The position numbers and the translations under genes were made by a program. From positions 1-33,759 of the forward strand of contig JBDRML010000041.1 in NCBI GenBank assembly GCA_043812195.1: 33,759 nt of DNA. Direction: 5' to 3'. Source of the stretch: Candidatus Woesearchaeota archaeon (GTDB lineage Archaea > Nanobdellota > Nanobdellia > SCGC-AAA011-G17 > PNOQ01). A model generated the notes under the pieces. That model was not told where the DNA came from and searched no databases. It saw only the letters and a list, made by a program, of their open reading frames with translations. Numbering within the stretch: the first letter of the stretch is position 1; each line of letters begins with the position of its first letter. This document shows, piece by piece, positions 1-9,804 of the stretch.

Positions 1-1
1 A

Positions 2-103
2 AATGCAGAAGTTAGAGCACTACACACACCAGAAGTTGCAGGCGTTGTATGTGAAGAAATGACATGTACTCCAATTGATATAACTGTCGAACAAACAGCA
101 TAA
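2..103 (+). CDS. 3' end of an upstream gene (partial), possibly a pilus-locus protein
   Basis: Open frame from the window edge, NAEVRALHTPEVAGVVCEEMTCTPIDITVEQTA*, followed by a T-rich tract. Confidence 0.6.
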   Translation, partial: NAEVRALHTPEVAGVVCEEMTCTPIDITVEQTA

Positions 104-109
104 ACTTAA

Positions 110-130
110 TTTTTTTCTTTTTTTCTTTTT
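110..130 (+). terminator. Archaeal oligo-T terminator candidate
   Basis: T-rich run tttttctttttttcttttt just after the stop at 103. Confidence 0.45.
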
Positions 131-177
131 AATATAATAGAAATGTTTAAATAAACCCTAATCAAATTTCTAACGTA

Positions 178-723
178 ATGAATAAAAGAGGGGATATCTG
201 GATTTCAGCAGTATTATACATGGCTTTAGGCATAGTAGTTCTAACAATAGTTCTTGCAGCAGGTTTGCCTGTAGTAAACAAAATGAAAGACAGACAAACT
301 TTAACACAAACAAAAAATGTAATGAACACTCTAGATCAAAATATCAGAACAGTATACAATGAAGGTCCATCTTCAAAAAGAACTGTAGAAGTAAAAATAG
401 GCAGAGGAGAATTTAAGATTATAGCTGATACAGAAGAAATACAATGGAGCATGGACACAAAAGCACTTCTATCAACACCATGTGAACTAGGAGAAGTATG
501 CACCCCAATTAATGAAGGAAATTTACAAATCCTAACACAAGCAAAAACAGTAAAAGGAGAATACACTGTAACAATAACATTAGATTATTCAGAAAATATA
601 GACTTAAATTACACATCCTCACAAAGTATAATCTCAGGAACAAATAAAATATCAATTTTGAACACAGGGCCAAATGATGATCAAACAAAAACTCAAATAC
701 TACTAGAACAAGTAGACATCTAA
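178..723 (+). CDS. Archaeal type IV pilin-like protein (class III signal peptide)
   Basis: N-terminus MNKRG|DIWISAVLYMALGIVVLTIVLAAG: basic residues, Gly, then a hydrophobic helix; directly upstream of the secretion ATPase. Confidence 0.8.
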   Translation: MNKRGDIWISAVLYMALGIVVLTIVLAAGLPVVNKMKDRQTLTQTKNVMNTLDQNIRTVYNEGPSSKRTVEVKIGRGEFKIIADTEEIQWSMDTKALLSTPCELGEVCTPINEGNLQILTQAKTVKGEYTVTITLDYSENIDLNYTSSQSIISGTNKISILNTGPNDDQTKTQILLEQVDI

Positions 724-725
724 AA

Positions 726-3700
726 ATGAGAAAACTACCAGAATTACCAGAAAAAGGAAGAACAATATTTAAAATAGAAGTAGAGCCAGAAATTCCAACA
801 TTTGCAGATGTAAAAAAACAAGATGTAGATATAAGATACTCTTTACTAGCACCTTATGCTTATGCTCATATTTTCTGGGATGAAAAAGCAAAAGAAATAG
901 TATACTATTTAGAAGAACCAGAATTAACAGCAAGTGAAAGAAAAATTCTAAATTTATTAGAAGATGGAATTAAAGAATTAGTAAATATGAGTTACTTACA
1001 ATTAAAAAAAGGAGAAACAATCATAGAATACTTAGAAAAAAATCTGAAAGTCATGCTCACAGAATTAAGAATCACATTAACAAAAGATTCCTACTTAAAA
1101 ATTATGTACTACATTTACAGAGATTTCGTAGGCTTAGGAAAAATAGAACCATTAATGAACGATTATTTTATAGAAGATATCGAATGTAATGGAACAGAAT
1201 ACCCAATATACATAGTTCACAGAAAATTCAGAAATCTAAAGACAAACATAATCTTCAAAAAAACAAAAGACTTAGCAACATTTGTAGAAAAACTAGCGCA
1301 AAAATCAGGCCAATATATTTCTTATGCAACACCTTTACTAGACGCAGCTTTGCCAGACGGTAGTGTGGATTACGAAGAACCTGTTATTTTTAAAGAGAAT
1401 AATACAATAAAAATAAGTAAAATTGGAGAATTTGTAGATAAATTCTATAAAAAAGACAAATCTAATACACCAATAAAAGTAGAAAAAATAGAAATACCCT
1501 GTTTTGATCAAAAAACACTAAAAATAAATTGGAAACCAGTAGATTATGTATATAGACACAAAATAAATGAGAATTTATATGAATTAATATTAGAATATGG
1601 GAAAAAAATAAAATTAACAGGAGCCCATAGTATATTTAGCTTAATAAAAGAGGGGGTAAAACCAACCAAAACAGAAGATCTAAAAGAAGGAGATTATGTT
1701 GCATACCCTTTAAAGATACCCCAAATAAATAACATAAAAGAAATCAATATGGCGGAAAAACTTTCTAAAACACAGCACTCAAACAAATTAATTTTAAATA
1801 ATATACCTGCAAAAATATTTGAAGAGAAAGAAGAAGAGGTTATGGATTTTTTAAAAGAAAATTATAAAATGCCGAGACACACATTCATAGAACACAGAAG
1901 AAAAAAAATTCTACCACTTAAATTATACAAAATTTTAAAAGAAGAAACATTAAGAAAATGCAGTATTAAAACAACTTCAGCCGTAGGCATTCCAACATTC
2001 CTAAAAGTAGATAAAAATTTGATGAAAGTATTGGGGTTATACATTGCAGAAGGATGGACATCAAGAATTAAGAACCACTATCGTTTATATTTTTGCTTAG
2101 GAGCACACGAATTAGAATTGATAAAAGAATTAAAAGATGCACTAAAAGAAACTTTTAATATTTCTGCTTATATTGAACCAGAAAAATCTAATGCTGTAAA
2201 GATAGTCGTAAATAGTTTTATATTATGGATTCTTCTAACTGAAGTTTTAAAATTGTCTAAAGGGACAAAGAATAAAAGAATACCAGAAATAGTATTAAAT
2301 GCAAATATCGGGCTACAACAAGAATTCCTAAAATATTGGAGTTTGGGAGATTACGGAAGCACATCAAGCAAAATGCTGCAAAATGATATAAGTTATTTGT
2401 CTATATTCAATAGTGATATAGTAGCATTTTATGACAGACAAAGAGAATCAATAATAGACAATAGGGTAGTTAAATCACACGAATTTTATACAAACTTCTT
2501 TGTTAGATCAGTATCAAATGACCATTCACACATGATTCCTATGGAAATGTTTAATCCATTAAAAAATACTCACCACAGATTTATTAACAAAAAATTGAGT
2601 AGGGATAGACTTAAAAGAATATTAAATGAAGAGAGATACAACAAATTTAGAGATCTAAAAAACACCAAAGATAGAAAATTTTTAAATGAATGGACAAAGA
2701 GAGGATTTATTCAAGGAAATATTTTAACAGATAAAGGAGATGAATTATTAAGCGAAATAGATACAATAAACAAAATAATAGACTCAGATCTCGGGTTTGC
2801 CAAAGTAAAAAAGATAAACAGAAAAAAATCCACATCAGAATTTGTATATGACCTTAGTGTAAAAGGACACGAGAATTTCATAAGCGGAACTGGAGGCATT
2901 TGCTGTCATAATTCAAGAATTAATGCAACATTCACAGAAGATATTTCATCTCGCGGACCTACTTTTACAATTAGAAAATTTACAAAAAAACCTTGGACAC
3001 CAACACAATTAATGTACTTAAGAACAGTATCACCAGAAATGCTAGCATATTTATGGCTCTTAATTGAATACGAAAAAAACATAATGGTAATAGGTGGAAC
3101 AGGTTCAGGAAAAACTTCTTTGCTAAATGGTTTAAGTTTCTTCATACCACCACAAGCAAGAGTAGTCTCAATTGAAGATACAAGAGAATTAAATATAGAA
3201 CACTTAAATTGGCTTCCATCAGTTGCAAGATCTGGAGTTGGATTAGCAAATTTAGTTGGACAAAAATACGGAGAAATCACATTATTTAATCTATTAAAAG
3301 AAAGTTTCAGAATGAACCCAGACTATGTTATTATAGGAGAAATTAGAGGAGAAGAAGCTTATGTTTTATTCCAAGGAATGGCTTCTATTAAAGGAGATGA
3401 AACCTTATTATTATTAAACCACGATAAACCAAAGAATATAGCAATCAAAGATTTAAAGCCAAACATAATATATAAAGCAATTTCTTTAGACAAAGAAGGC
3501 AATATGAAAATAATGCCTGTTAAAAAAAGATTAGTGCATCCTGCAAGAAATGAGTTATATGAAATAACAACAAAAACAGGAAGAAAAGTTACAATAACAC
3601 CAAACCATTCAATTTTAACAGAAGAAAATAATAAAATCAAATCAGATTATGCAGAAGATCTCAAGAAAGGAGGAAAGATTTTAATACCTGCCAAAATCCC

Positions 3701-5183
3701 ATGCAATTATGCAAATGAATCACATCTAAATTTATTAGAAGAATTACCTGATGCAAGAGTATTTGCCCCAAAATATATCAAAGAAGCAGTTAAAAAATTA
3801 GGATACGACAAAGCAAGCAATATATGCAAAATAAAGAGTATTTCAGATTATTACAGCAATTTCTCAAAATCAAAACCATCATCACTAAATATCGAAAGTT
3901 TTAAAGAATTAATGAAGCAAGCCAAAATAAATTATAAAATAGAAGATTTAAGAATAAAATATGATAACAACAGCAAAAGTTTGCCTGCTAAACTTGAAAT
4001 AAGTGATGAATTATTAAGACTACTAGGATATTACGCTAGTGAAGGAACATTGCAAAACAAAAAAAAGAATTCTAAATTAGCTCTTTACGCAAAAAGAGAA
4101 AAAATATTAGAAGATATGAAACAATGTATAACTAAAATTATAAAAGAAGATCCAAGACAAAGAAAATGTGAAAGAGGATATGGTAGTTCAGAAGAGTTAA
4201 GCTTTTCAAACAAACCACTAATATCTTTAATAGAAAATTTATGCAAAAAAGGATCTCTTAATAAAACAATACCAGATTTCATTTTTGGTCTTTCAAAAGA
4301 AAGAATCGGGCAATTTTTAAGTGCACTATATTCTGGAGATGGTACATTCACTAAAAATTATTATGGTTATTTCACAATATCAAAGAGCTTAACAGATAAA
4401 CTGGCAAAATTACTATTAGTTTATGGAATAGTTCCTATCATAAGAGAAAGAAAAAGGAGAAAAAACAAAGATTACGAAGTTATTTTCTACAGACATGATC
4501 AGAAAAAAGAATTTTTAAAATACATGAATCCAATCAGAGAAAATTTACCAATAGGAAATCCTTCAAATAAAAAACAAAATATAATAAATGATTTTTATAT
4601 AGACAAAATAAAAGATATTAAAAAAATAAAACTAGAGAAACCAGAGCCAGTATACGATATTTCAATTCAGGGCTCAAGGAATTTTATAGGAGGGTTTGGG
4701 GGTGTAATGTTGCACAATTCTGGACACCCATCTTTCGGAACAATGCACGCAAATGATATTGATACAATGATTAAAAGACTTGAAACTCCACCAATTAATC
4801 TATCTCCATCATTAGTAGAAACAATGGATGCAGTGTGTGTAATGGTCCATTCAAAAGTAGCAGGGAAAGCAGTAAGAAGAGTAAAAGAAGTAACAGAAAT
4901 AATATCTGTAACTGGTTCAAAAGCAACAACAAACAATGTATTTCAATGGAATCCAACAAGTGACACATTTGCCTTTTCAGGAAGAAGTTTCATATTCAAT
5001 GAATTAACAAGTCAAGAAGGAATCCCACAAGAAGAACTAACAAGAGAATTCAGAAGAAGAACAGCATTACTAATCCAATTATACAACCAAGGAATTTTCG
5101 ATTTTAGTACAGTGCAAAAGATAATCAATACATATAGTAAAGTCCCAGAAAAAGTATTAGCAGAGTACGGAGTTCAATTATGA
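726..5183 (+). CDS. Type IV pilus/type II-IV secretion ATPase (FlaI/TadA/VirB11 family) with two inteins; spliced protein about 523 aa
   Basis: Walker A GGTGSGKT, Asp box SIEDTRE, Walker B YVIIGEIRG, His box SGHPSFGTMHA; followed by two T2SS-F membrane genes. Confidence 0.93.
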   Translation: MRKLPELPEKGRTIFKIEVEPEIPTFADVKKQDVDIRYSLLAPYAYAHIFWDEKAKEIVYYLEEPELTASERKILNLLEDGIKELVNMSYLQLKKGETIIEYLEKNLKVMLTELRITLTKDSYLKIMYYIYRDFVGLGKIEPLMNDYFIEDIECNGTEYPIYIVHRKFRNLKTNIIFKKTKDLATFVEKLAQKSGQYISYATPLLDAALPDGSVDYEEPVIFKENNTIKISKIGEFVDKFYKKDKSNTPIKVEKIEIPCFDQKTLKINWKPVDYVYRHKINENLYELILEYGKKIKLTGAHSIFSLIKEGVKPTKTEDLKEGDYVAYPLKIPQINNIKEINMAEKLSKTQHSNKLILNNIPAKIFEEKEEEVMDFLKENYKMPRHTFIEHRRKKILPLKLYKILKEETLRKCSIKTTSAVGIPTFLKVDKNLMKVLGLYIAEGWTSRIKNHYRLYFCLGAHELELIKELKDALKETFNISAYIEPEKSNAVKIVVNSFILWILLTEVLKLSKGTKNKRIPEIVLNANIGLQQEFLKYWSLGDYGSTSSKMLQNDISYLSIFNSDIVAFYDRQRESIIDNRVVKSHEFYTNFFVRSVSNDHSHMIPMEMFNPLKNTHHRFINKKLSRDRLKRILNEERYNKFRDLKNTKDRKFLNEWTKRGFIQGNILTDKGDELLSEIDTINKIIDSDLGFAKVKKINRKKSTSEFVYDLSVKGHENFISGTGGICCHNSRINATFTEDISSRGPTFTIRKFTKKPWTPTQLMYLRTVSPEMLAYLWLLIEYEKNIMVIGGTGSGKTSLLNGLSFFIPPQARVVSIEDTRELNIEHLNWLPSVARSGVGLANLVGQKYGEITLFNLLKESFRMNPDYVIIGEIRGEEAYVLFQGMASIKGDETLLLLNHDKPKNIAIKDLKPNIIYKAISLDKEGNMKIMPVKKRLVHPARNELYEITTKTGRKVTITPNHSILTEENNKIKSDYAEDLKKGGKILIPAKIPCNYANESHLNLLEELPDARVFAPKYIKEAVKKLGYDKASNICKIKSISDYYSNFSKSKPSSLNIESFKELMKQAKINYKIEDLRIKYDNNSKSLPAKLEISDELLRLLGYYASEGTLQNKKKNSKLALYAKREKILEDMKQCITKIIKEDPRQRKCERGYGSSEELSFSNKPLISLIENLCKKGSLNKTIPDFIFGLSKERIGQFLSALYSGDGTFTKNYYGYFTISKSLTDKLAKLLLVYGIVPIIRERKRRKNKDYEVIFYRHDQKKEFLKYMNPIRENLPIGNPSNKKQNIINDFYIDKIKDIKKIKLEKPEPVYDISIQGSRNFIGGFGGVMLHNSGHPSFGTMHANDIDTMIKRLETPPINLSPSLVETMDAVCVMVHSKVAGKAVRRVKEVTEIISVTGSKATTNNVFQWNPTSDTFAFSGRSFIFNELTSQEGIPQEELTREFRRRTALLIQLYNQGIFDFSTVQKIINTYSKVPEKVLAEYGVQL
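1362..2912 (+). mobile_element. Intein 1 (517 aa) with LAGLIDADG-type endonuclease domain
   Basis: LPDG|SVDYEEPV start, block B LTGAHSIF, VLGLYIAEG, block F/G VYDLSV...CCHN|S; removal restores LPDG-SRINAT. Confidence 0.92.
3384..4718 (+). mobile_element. Intein 2 (445 aa) with LAGLIDADG homing endonuclease
   Basis: QGMA|SIKGDE start, block B ITPNHSIL, LLGYYASEG and LSALYSGDG motifs, VYDISI...MLHN|S; removal restores QGMA-SGHPS. Confidence 0.93.
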
Positions 5184-5347
5184 CATACGAAATCATAAAT
5201 AAAAATGCTCAAACATTAAAAGAATTAGCAGAGAAATATCAAGATCTTAAAATCCAAAAACAGACTTCAAAAGTAAAAAAACAATCAGAAAAAATAAAAA
5301 TCTACATGCTTAATTTATTAAGAAGCATAGAGGATTTATCAGAATAA
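5180..5347 (+). CDS. Small 55-aa helical protein not in the ORF track
   Basis: ATG overlaps the ATPase stop (ATGA); MTYEIINKNAQTLKELAEKYQDLKIQKQTSKVKKQSEKIKIYMLNLLRSIEDLSE*; next gene starts 1 nt after its stop, so it exactly fills the operon gap. Confidence 0.7.
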   Translation: MTYEIINKNAQTLKELAEKYQDLKIQKQTSKVKKQSEKIKIYMLNLLRSIEDLSE

Positions 5348-5348
5348 A

Positions 5349-6518
5349 ATGCCAAATGATATACTTGAATACACTAAAAAAATACTCGAACTTTCAGAAG
5401 AGATTAAACTACATGAAAACGAGGGAGATTTAGAGAAACATAAAGATCTTCTTAAAAAAATAAATGTTGCAGCAAAAGATTTACAATTCATAATAGAAAA
5501 TGACAAAGTAGAAAAAAAGAAAGTATCCACATCAAAAGAAGAGAAAGGAAAATATCTAAAAGAATTAAGATTAACAAAAGAAGAAGTTAAAAAATTCGCA
5601 AAAGATATCAAAAAACCTAAAAAAGAAGAAGAAATAAAATCCCATATTTACAAAACAAATTTCTATGCAAAACTAGCAAATTATTTCTTAGAAAATATAT
5701 CTTTTAAATTAATAAGAAAAAATCCAGAGAATTTCAAATCTCTATTTTATGACATAAGAGCAGCAGGAATAAGAATCTTATCAGAAACTTATCTAAGTAT
5801 CATCTTATTCTCAACTATAATAGCATTTCCCCTAGCTTTAATAATAACATTCTTCGCTTCATCATTCAATATATTATTAGCATTCGGCATAGGAATTTTA
5901 GCATCAATAGTAACATTCGCATTCACATGGTCATATCCAAACTTAGCAAAGACAGAAAGAAGTAAGAAAATAAAAGAAGAATTAGTCTTTGCAATAGTTC
6001 ATATGGCAGCAGTTGCTGGTTCAGGAGCACATCCAATAAAAATATTCGAATTATTAGTAGACTCACATGAATATCAAACAATAGAAAGAGAACTCCAAAG
6101 AGTTCTAAATTACATAAATTTATTCGGATACAGTCTATCAACTTCTTTAAGAGCAGTAGCTAATACCACACCCTCAGATGAATTCAAAGAATTATTACAC
6201 GGAATGAGCTCAACCATAGAAACTGGAGGAGACATAAAAGATTATTTACAAGAAAAATCAAAAGACGCCTTGATGCAATTCAAATTCGATCAAAAAAAGA
6301 AACTAGAAGCTCTTGCAACATACTCAGATATTTACACAGGAATTTTAATAGCAGGACCATTATTATTCATAGTAACTTTAGCAATCTTAGAAAAAATATC
6401 TCCAGAATTAGGAGGAATTTCAATAGGATTAATAGCCAATTTATCTGTATTCCTAGCCCTACCATTGCTAAATATATTTTACATATTATTCCTACAATCA
6501 GTGAGGTCTGAAATATGA
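5349..6518 (+). CDS. Type II secretion system F family membrane platform protein (TadB/C, FlaJ-like)
   Basis: Several TM segments, AAVAGSG...LFGYSLSTSLRAVANTTPSDEFKELL...ETGGD T2SSF signature, operon position. Confidence 0.88.
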   Translation: MPNDILEYTKKILELSEEIKLHENEGDLEKHKDLLKKINVAAKDLQFIIENDKVEKKKVSTSKEEKGKYLKELRLTKEEVKKFAKDIKKPKKEEEIKSHIYKTNFYAKLANYFLENISFKLIRKNPENFKSLFYDIRAAGIRILSETYLSIILFSTIIAFPLALIITFFASSFNILLAFGIGILASIVTFAFTWSYPNLAKTERSKKIKEELVFAIVHMAAVAGSGAHPIKIFELLVDSHEYQTIERELQRVLNYINLFGYSLSTSLRAVANTTPSDEFKELLHGMSSTIETGGDIKDYLQEKSKDALMQFKFDQKKKLEALATYSDIYTGILIAGPLLFIVTLAILEKISPELGGISIGLIANLSVFLALPLLNIFYILFLQSVRSEI

Positions 6519-7375
6519 AACTTAAATCAATACACCTAACAGGATTCGTAATAGGTTTCTTATTATTAATAATAGACTTAATAGTTTTCCTTCAAATGGA
6601 ATCAAGATTATTCAAACCTCTAATCGCAATTTCAATTTTATCAATGATACTTCCCTTCTGGTTAGATATAATAAAAGAAGGAAAAAGACATAAAGAACTG
6701 GAAGAAAAATTCCTAGAATTTGTAAGATCAATAACAGATTCTGTAAAAGCAGGCATTCCAATTCCAAAAGCTATAATAGAAGTTTCTCACGCAGACTACG
6801 GAGCTTTATCACCATTTGTAAGAAAATTAGCTTACCAAATAGAATGGGGAATTCCTTTAAGAGACGCATTCATGAGATTTGCAAAAAACACAGAAAACAA
6901 AGTCATCAGAAGATCAATGTCAATAGTCATAGAAGCAGAGCAAAGTGGTGGAAATATTCAAGATGTTTTAATAGCAGTCACAAATTCAGTAATTCAAATT
7001 AAGAAAATAAAAGAAGAAAGAAGATCAAATGCATTTTCACAATTAATACAAGGTTATTTTGTATTCTTCATATTCATAGGAATAATGGTAATATTACAAG
7101 TATACTTAATGCCACAGCTAACAGAAATAAGTGGAACAGTATTAACAGGAATAGAATCCGGAATCACAACAGGATTCTATGAAGGTGAGGGTGAAGCAAC
7201 AGCAGCTATAATAGATTTCAACACAATATTTACTGGTATGATATTAATACAGGGCTTTTTTGCAGGACTAATGGTAGGAAAATTTGCAGAAGGACAACTA
7301 AAAGCAGGATTAAGACATTCTCTAATACTAGCTGTGTTAGGTTACTTAATATTTACCTTAGCAACAGGGTTTTAA
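6515..7375 (+). CDS. Second T2SS-F family membrane platform protein (TadC-like)
   Basis: SVKAGIPIPKAI...DYGALS...QIEWGIPL...EQSGGN and C-terminal GKFAEGQLKAGLRHS; ATGA overlap with previous gene. Confidence 0.88.
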   Translation: MKLKSIHLTGFVIGFLLLIIDLIVFLQMESRLFKPLIAISILSMILPFWLDIIKEGKRHKELEEKFLEFVRSITDSVKAGIPIPKAIIEVSHADYGALSPFVRKLAYQIEWGIPLRDAFMRFAKNTENKVIRRSMSIVIEAEQSGGNIQDVLIAVTNSVIQIKKIKEERRSNAFSQLIQGYFVFFIFIGIMVILQVYLMPQLTEISGTVLTGIESGITTGFYEGEGEATAAIIDFNTIFTGMILIQGFFAGLMVGKFAEGQLKAGLRHSLILAVLGYLIFTLATGF

Positions 7376-7376
7376 A

Positions 7377-8135
7377 ATGAAAAAAGGTCTAATGTACATA
7401 GATTGGTCAATAAGTGTAGCAATTTTCATAGTTTACTTAATAGGATTATTCATATACATTGCACCAGCATTAAATCAAGATTACTCAGAAGATTATCTAA
7501 AAACATTAGCAAAAACAGGATTTCAAGAAAATACAACAAACACTCTTTACAAATATCCAATTTTTATAAAACATCATGATGCAGGAATAGATTATCAATT
7601 CTCAATGGATGCACCTTCTAATATAAATTTAAATGAGCTTAAGACAGCAATCTACGATGAAGACCTAACACAAATAGAAGCACAAATAGAAGATAATACT
7701 CCAAATCCAGATAAAGTAACAGTTCATATTCCAAATATAGACGCAGAAGTAACAAAAACAATTTACATGATAATATCAGAAGAAATATACGAATCAATTC
7801 CTTATGTGGGGGGAGAAGATCCAATAAATGAATACGAATATGCTTTCGGAGTCCCAGAAGTTCTAACTGGATTATCACAAACAAAATTCAATGAATTAAA
7901 AGCTCTAAGTTATGAAGAAATAAAAGAAGTACTAAAATACCCAGCAGAGAGGAATATAGCAATTGATGTTTATTTCTATAATGAGTTAGGAGAAATTATA
8001 CCAGAAAATACATTATCAATACAACCAGACATAAAAACACAAAATAATACAGTCTATGCAACTCAATGGAGCACATGGGAAATTAATAAAAACTCTAATC
8101 TACTACCCATTACAATAAGAATACTAACTTGGTAA
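7377..8135 (+). CDS. Pilin-like protein with class III signal peptide
   Basis: MKKG|LMYIDWSISVAIFIVYLIGLF; ends in ILTW. Confidence 0.7.
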   Translation: MKKGLMYIDWSISVAIFIVYLIGLFIYIAPALNQDYSEDYLKTLAKTGFQENTTNTLYKYPIFIKHHDAGIDYQFSMDAPSNINLNELKTAIYDEDLTQIEAQIEDNTPNPDKVTVHIPNIDAEVTKTIYMIISEEIYESIPYVGGEDPINEYEYAFGVPEVLTGLSQTKFNELKALSYEEIKEVLKYPAERNIAIDVYFYNELGEIIPENTLSIQPDIKTQNNTVYATQWSTWEINKNSNLLPITIRILTW

Positions 8136-8139
8136 AAAA

Positions 8140-8580
8140 ATGAATAAAAGAGGATACATGAAAACACTAGAAGCTCTTTTAGCTATTGTAATATTTTTAG
8201 TAGCTTTATTCGCAATATTATCTGTGCAACCATCAAAAGAAGATCTTAAACCACAAGACATAGAATTAATGCAAGATACTATTTTAAACCAAATACAACA
8301 TAATGAAGTTTATAGAACAGAAATCCAGAATGATAACATAGGGATAGGTAGCGATATATATACATTCATAAATGATAGATTGCCTTTTACATTAGATTTT
8401 ATAATAAAATCATGTGATGATGTAAACACAAATTGCAATATCGATACAGACCCAAAATATATTGATTTTCAAGCAGCAGATAAAGTCTACGCAGATAGTA
8501 TAATAATTTCAGAAGAAACAGAAAACCCAGAAAATTCATATCAATCAAGATTATTCATTCTTTATTTATGGAGAAAATAA
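8140..8580 (+). CDS. Minor pilin-like protein with class III signal peptide
   Basis: MNKRG|YMKTLEALLAIVIFLVALF; ends in LYLWRK. Confidence 0.75.
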   Translation: MNKRGYMKTLEALLAIVIFLVALFAILSVQPSKEDLKPQDIELMQDTILNQIQHNEVYRTEIQNDNIGIGSDIYTFINDRLPFTLDFIIKSCDDVNTNCNIDTDPKYIDFQAADKVYADSIIISEETENPENSYQSRLFILYLWRK

Positions 8581-8627
8581 ATCTTTTAACATAACATTAA
8601 AATAGAAAAGTTTATATAGTAGTTATT

Positions 8628-9137
8628 ATGGATAATATAATGATTAAAGAAGGAAAATACACAGTAGAAACTTTCTCCAAAGAAAAAAATCTAACAAGAC
8701 AATCAGCTATCAATCTACTCTCAAAACTTAAAAAATCAGGTTTAGTAACTGTCAGCGGCGGAGGAAAACAGAAAAGAATATACACCATAACAAAAGTTCC
8801 ACAAAAACAAACTAATGGATTGTACGATATTCTTAATAAATACAGTCCAGAAAAATTAGTACCCAAATTTAAACATATTATAAAAGGCAAATACACTATT
8901 GAAAATGCACTAATAGATAGCATACTTATAGGAGACAAAAGAACACTTGATGCAGCAACACATCTTTTTAGACACATATCAAGCTGGAAAAGACTTTTTA
9001 ATTTAGCAAAAAAACATAAAGTAGAAAAAAAATTATACGACTTATATTTTATAGCAAGAAAAACCACTAAAGTTAAAAAAATGCCAAAGAGGTATCTTAA
9101 TAATGATAAATACAAAAGATCAAGAACAGCTCTTTAA
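8628..9137 (+). CDS. Winged-helix protein, putative AbiEi-like antitoxin/regulator
   Basis: N-terminal LTRQSAINLLSKLKKSGLV...RIYTI wHTH-like segment, YTIENALID motif, overlaps the nucleotidyltransferase gene; own promoter gaaaagtttatata near 8605. Confidence 0.55.
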   Translation: MDNIMIKEGKYTVETFSKEKNLTRQSAINLLSKLKKSGLVTVSGGGKQKRIYTITKVPQKQTNGLYDILNKYSPEKLVPKFKHIIKGKYTIENALIDSILIGDKRTLDAATHLFRHISSWKRLFNLAKKHKVEKKLYDLYFIARKTTKVKKMPKRYLNNDKYKRSRTAL

Positions 9138-9744
9138 GCTAATAGTAGACTATCTTGAAGAAGATATTGAATGCATTGCAATTGGAGGCACAGCTATGAT
9201 GTTCTCTGGTTATAAAACAGCAACAAAAGACATTGACTTAGTTTTCAAATCTAATAAAGACAGAAATATATTTATTAAAGCAATTGAAAAGATTGGATAC
9301 AAGCAAAAATCTCTATTAGGAATTTACGATGAAAAAAGAAAAGACAGCAAAAACAAACCATTATTATTTTCAAGAGGAGATGAAAGATTTGATTTATTTG
9401 TTAAAAATGTATTTGGTTTCAATTTAGATTTTGATATAAACAAAATAATCCAGAGAAATGATTTTTTAGGTAAGAAAGAACTAATAGTTTACGTTCTCCC
9501 AAAAGAAGACCTAATTCTTTTAAAATCAATAACAAGCAGAGAAAGAGACTATGAAGATATAGAAACAATAATCAATACAGATAATGAAATTGACTGGGAT
9601 TACATAATAAATGAAGCAATAAAACAAAAAAAGAACAATTCATGGATACTAATAGATTTAGAAGAAACACTTCAAAAATTAAAAACTAAAGCATTTATTC
9701 CAGACAAATACTTTAAAAGGATTTACAAAGAGCAAAAGAAATAA
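9103..9744 (+). CDS. Pol-beta-superfamily nucleotidyltransferase (DUF6036/AbiEii-like)
   Basis: IGGTAM...TKDIDLV and EDLILLKS..RERDYED motifs. Confidence 0.75.
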   Translation: MINTKDQEQLFKLIVDYLEEDIECIAIGGTAMMFSGYKTATKDIDLVFKSNKDRNIFIKAIEKIGYKQKSLLGIYDEKRKDSKNKPLLFSRGDERFDLFVKNVFGFNLDFDINKIIQRNDFLGKKELIVYVLPKEDLILLKSITSRERDYEDIETIINTDNEIDWDYIINEAIKQKKNNSWILIDLEETLQKLKTKAFIPDKYFKRIYKEQKK

Positions 9745-9804
9745 CGAAATCTTTATAAGTTTCTAAAGCCCAACCTTTCAAGAATACAAAAGGGGAGACA
9801 ATTA

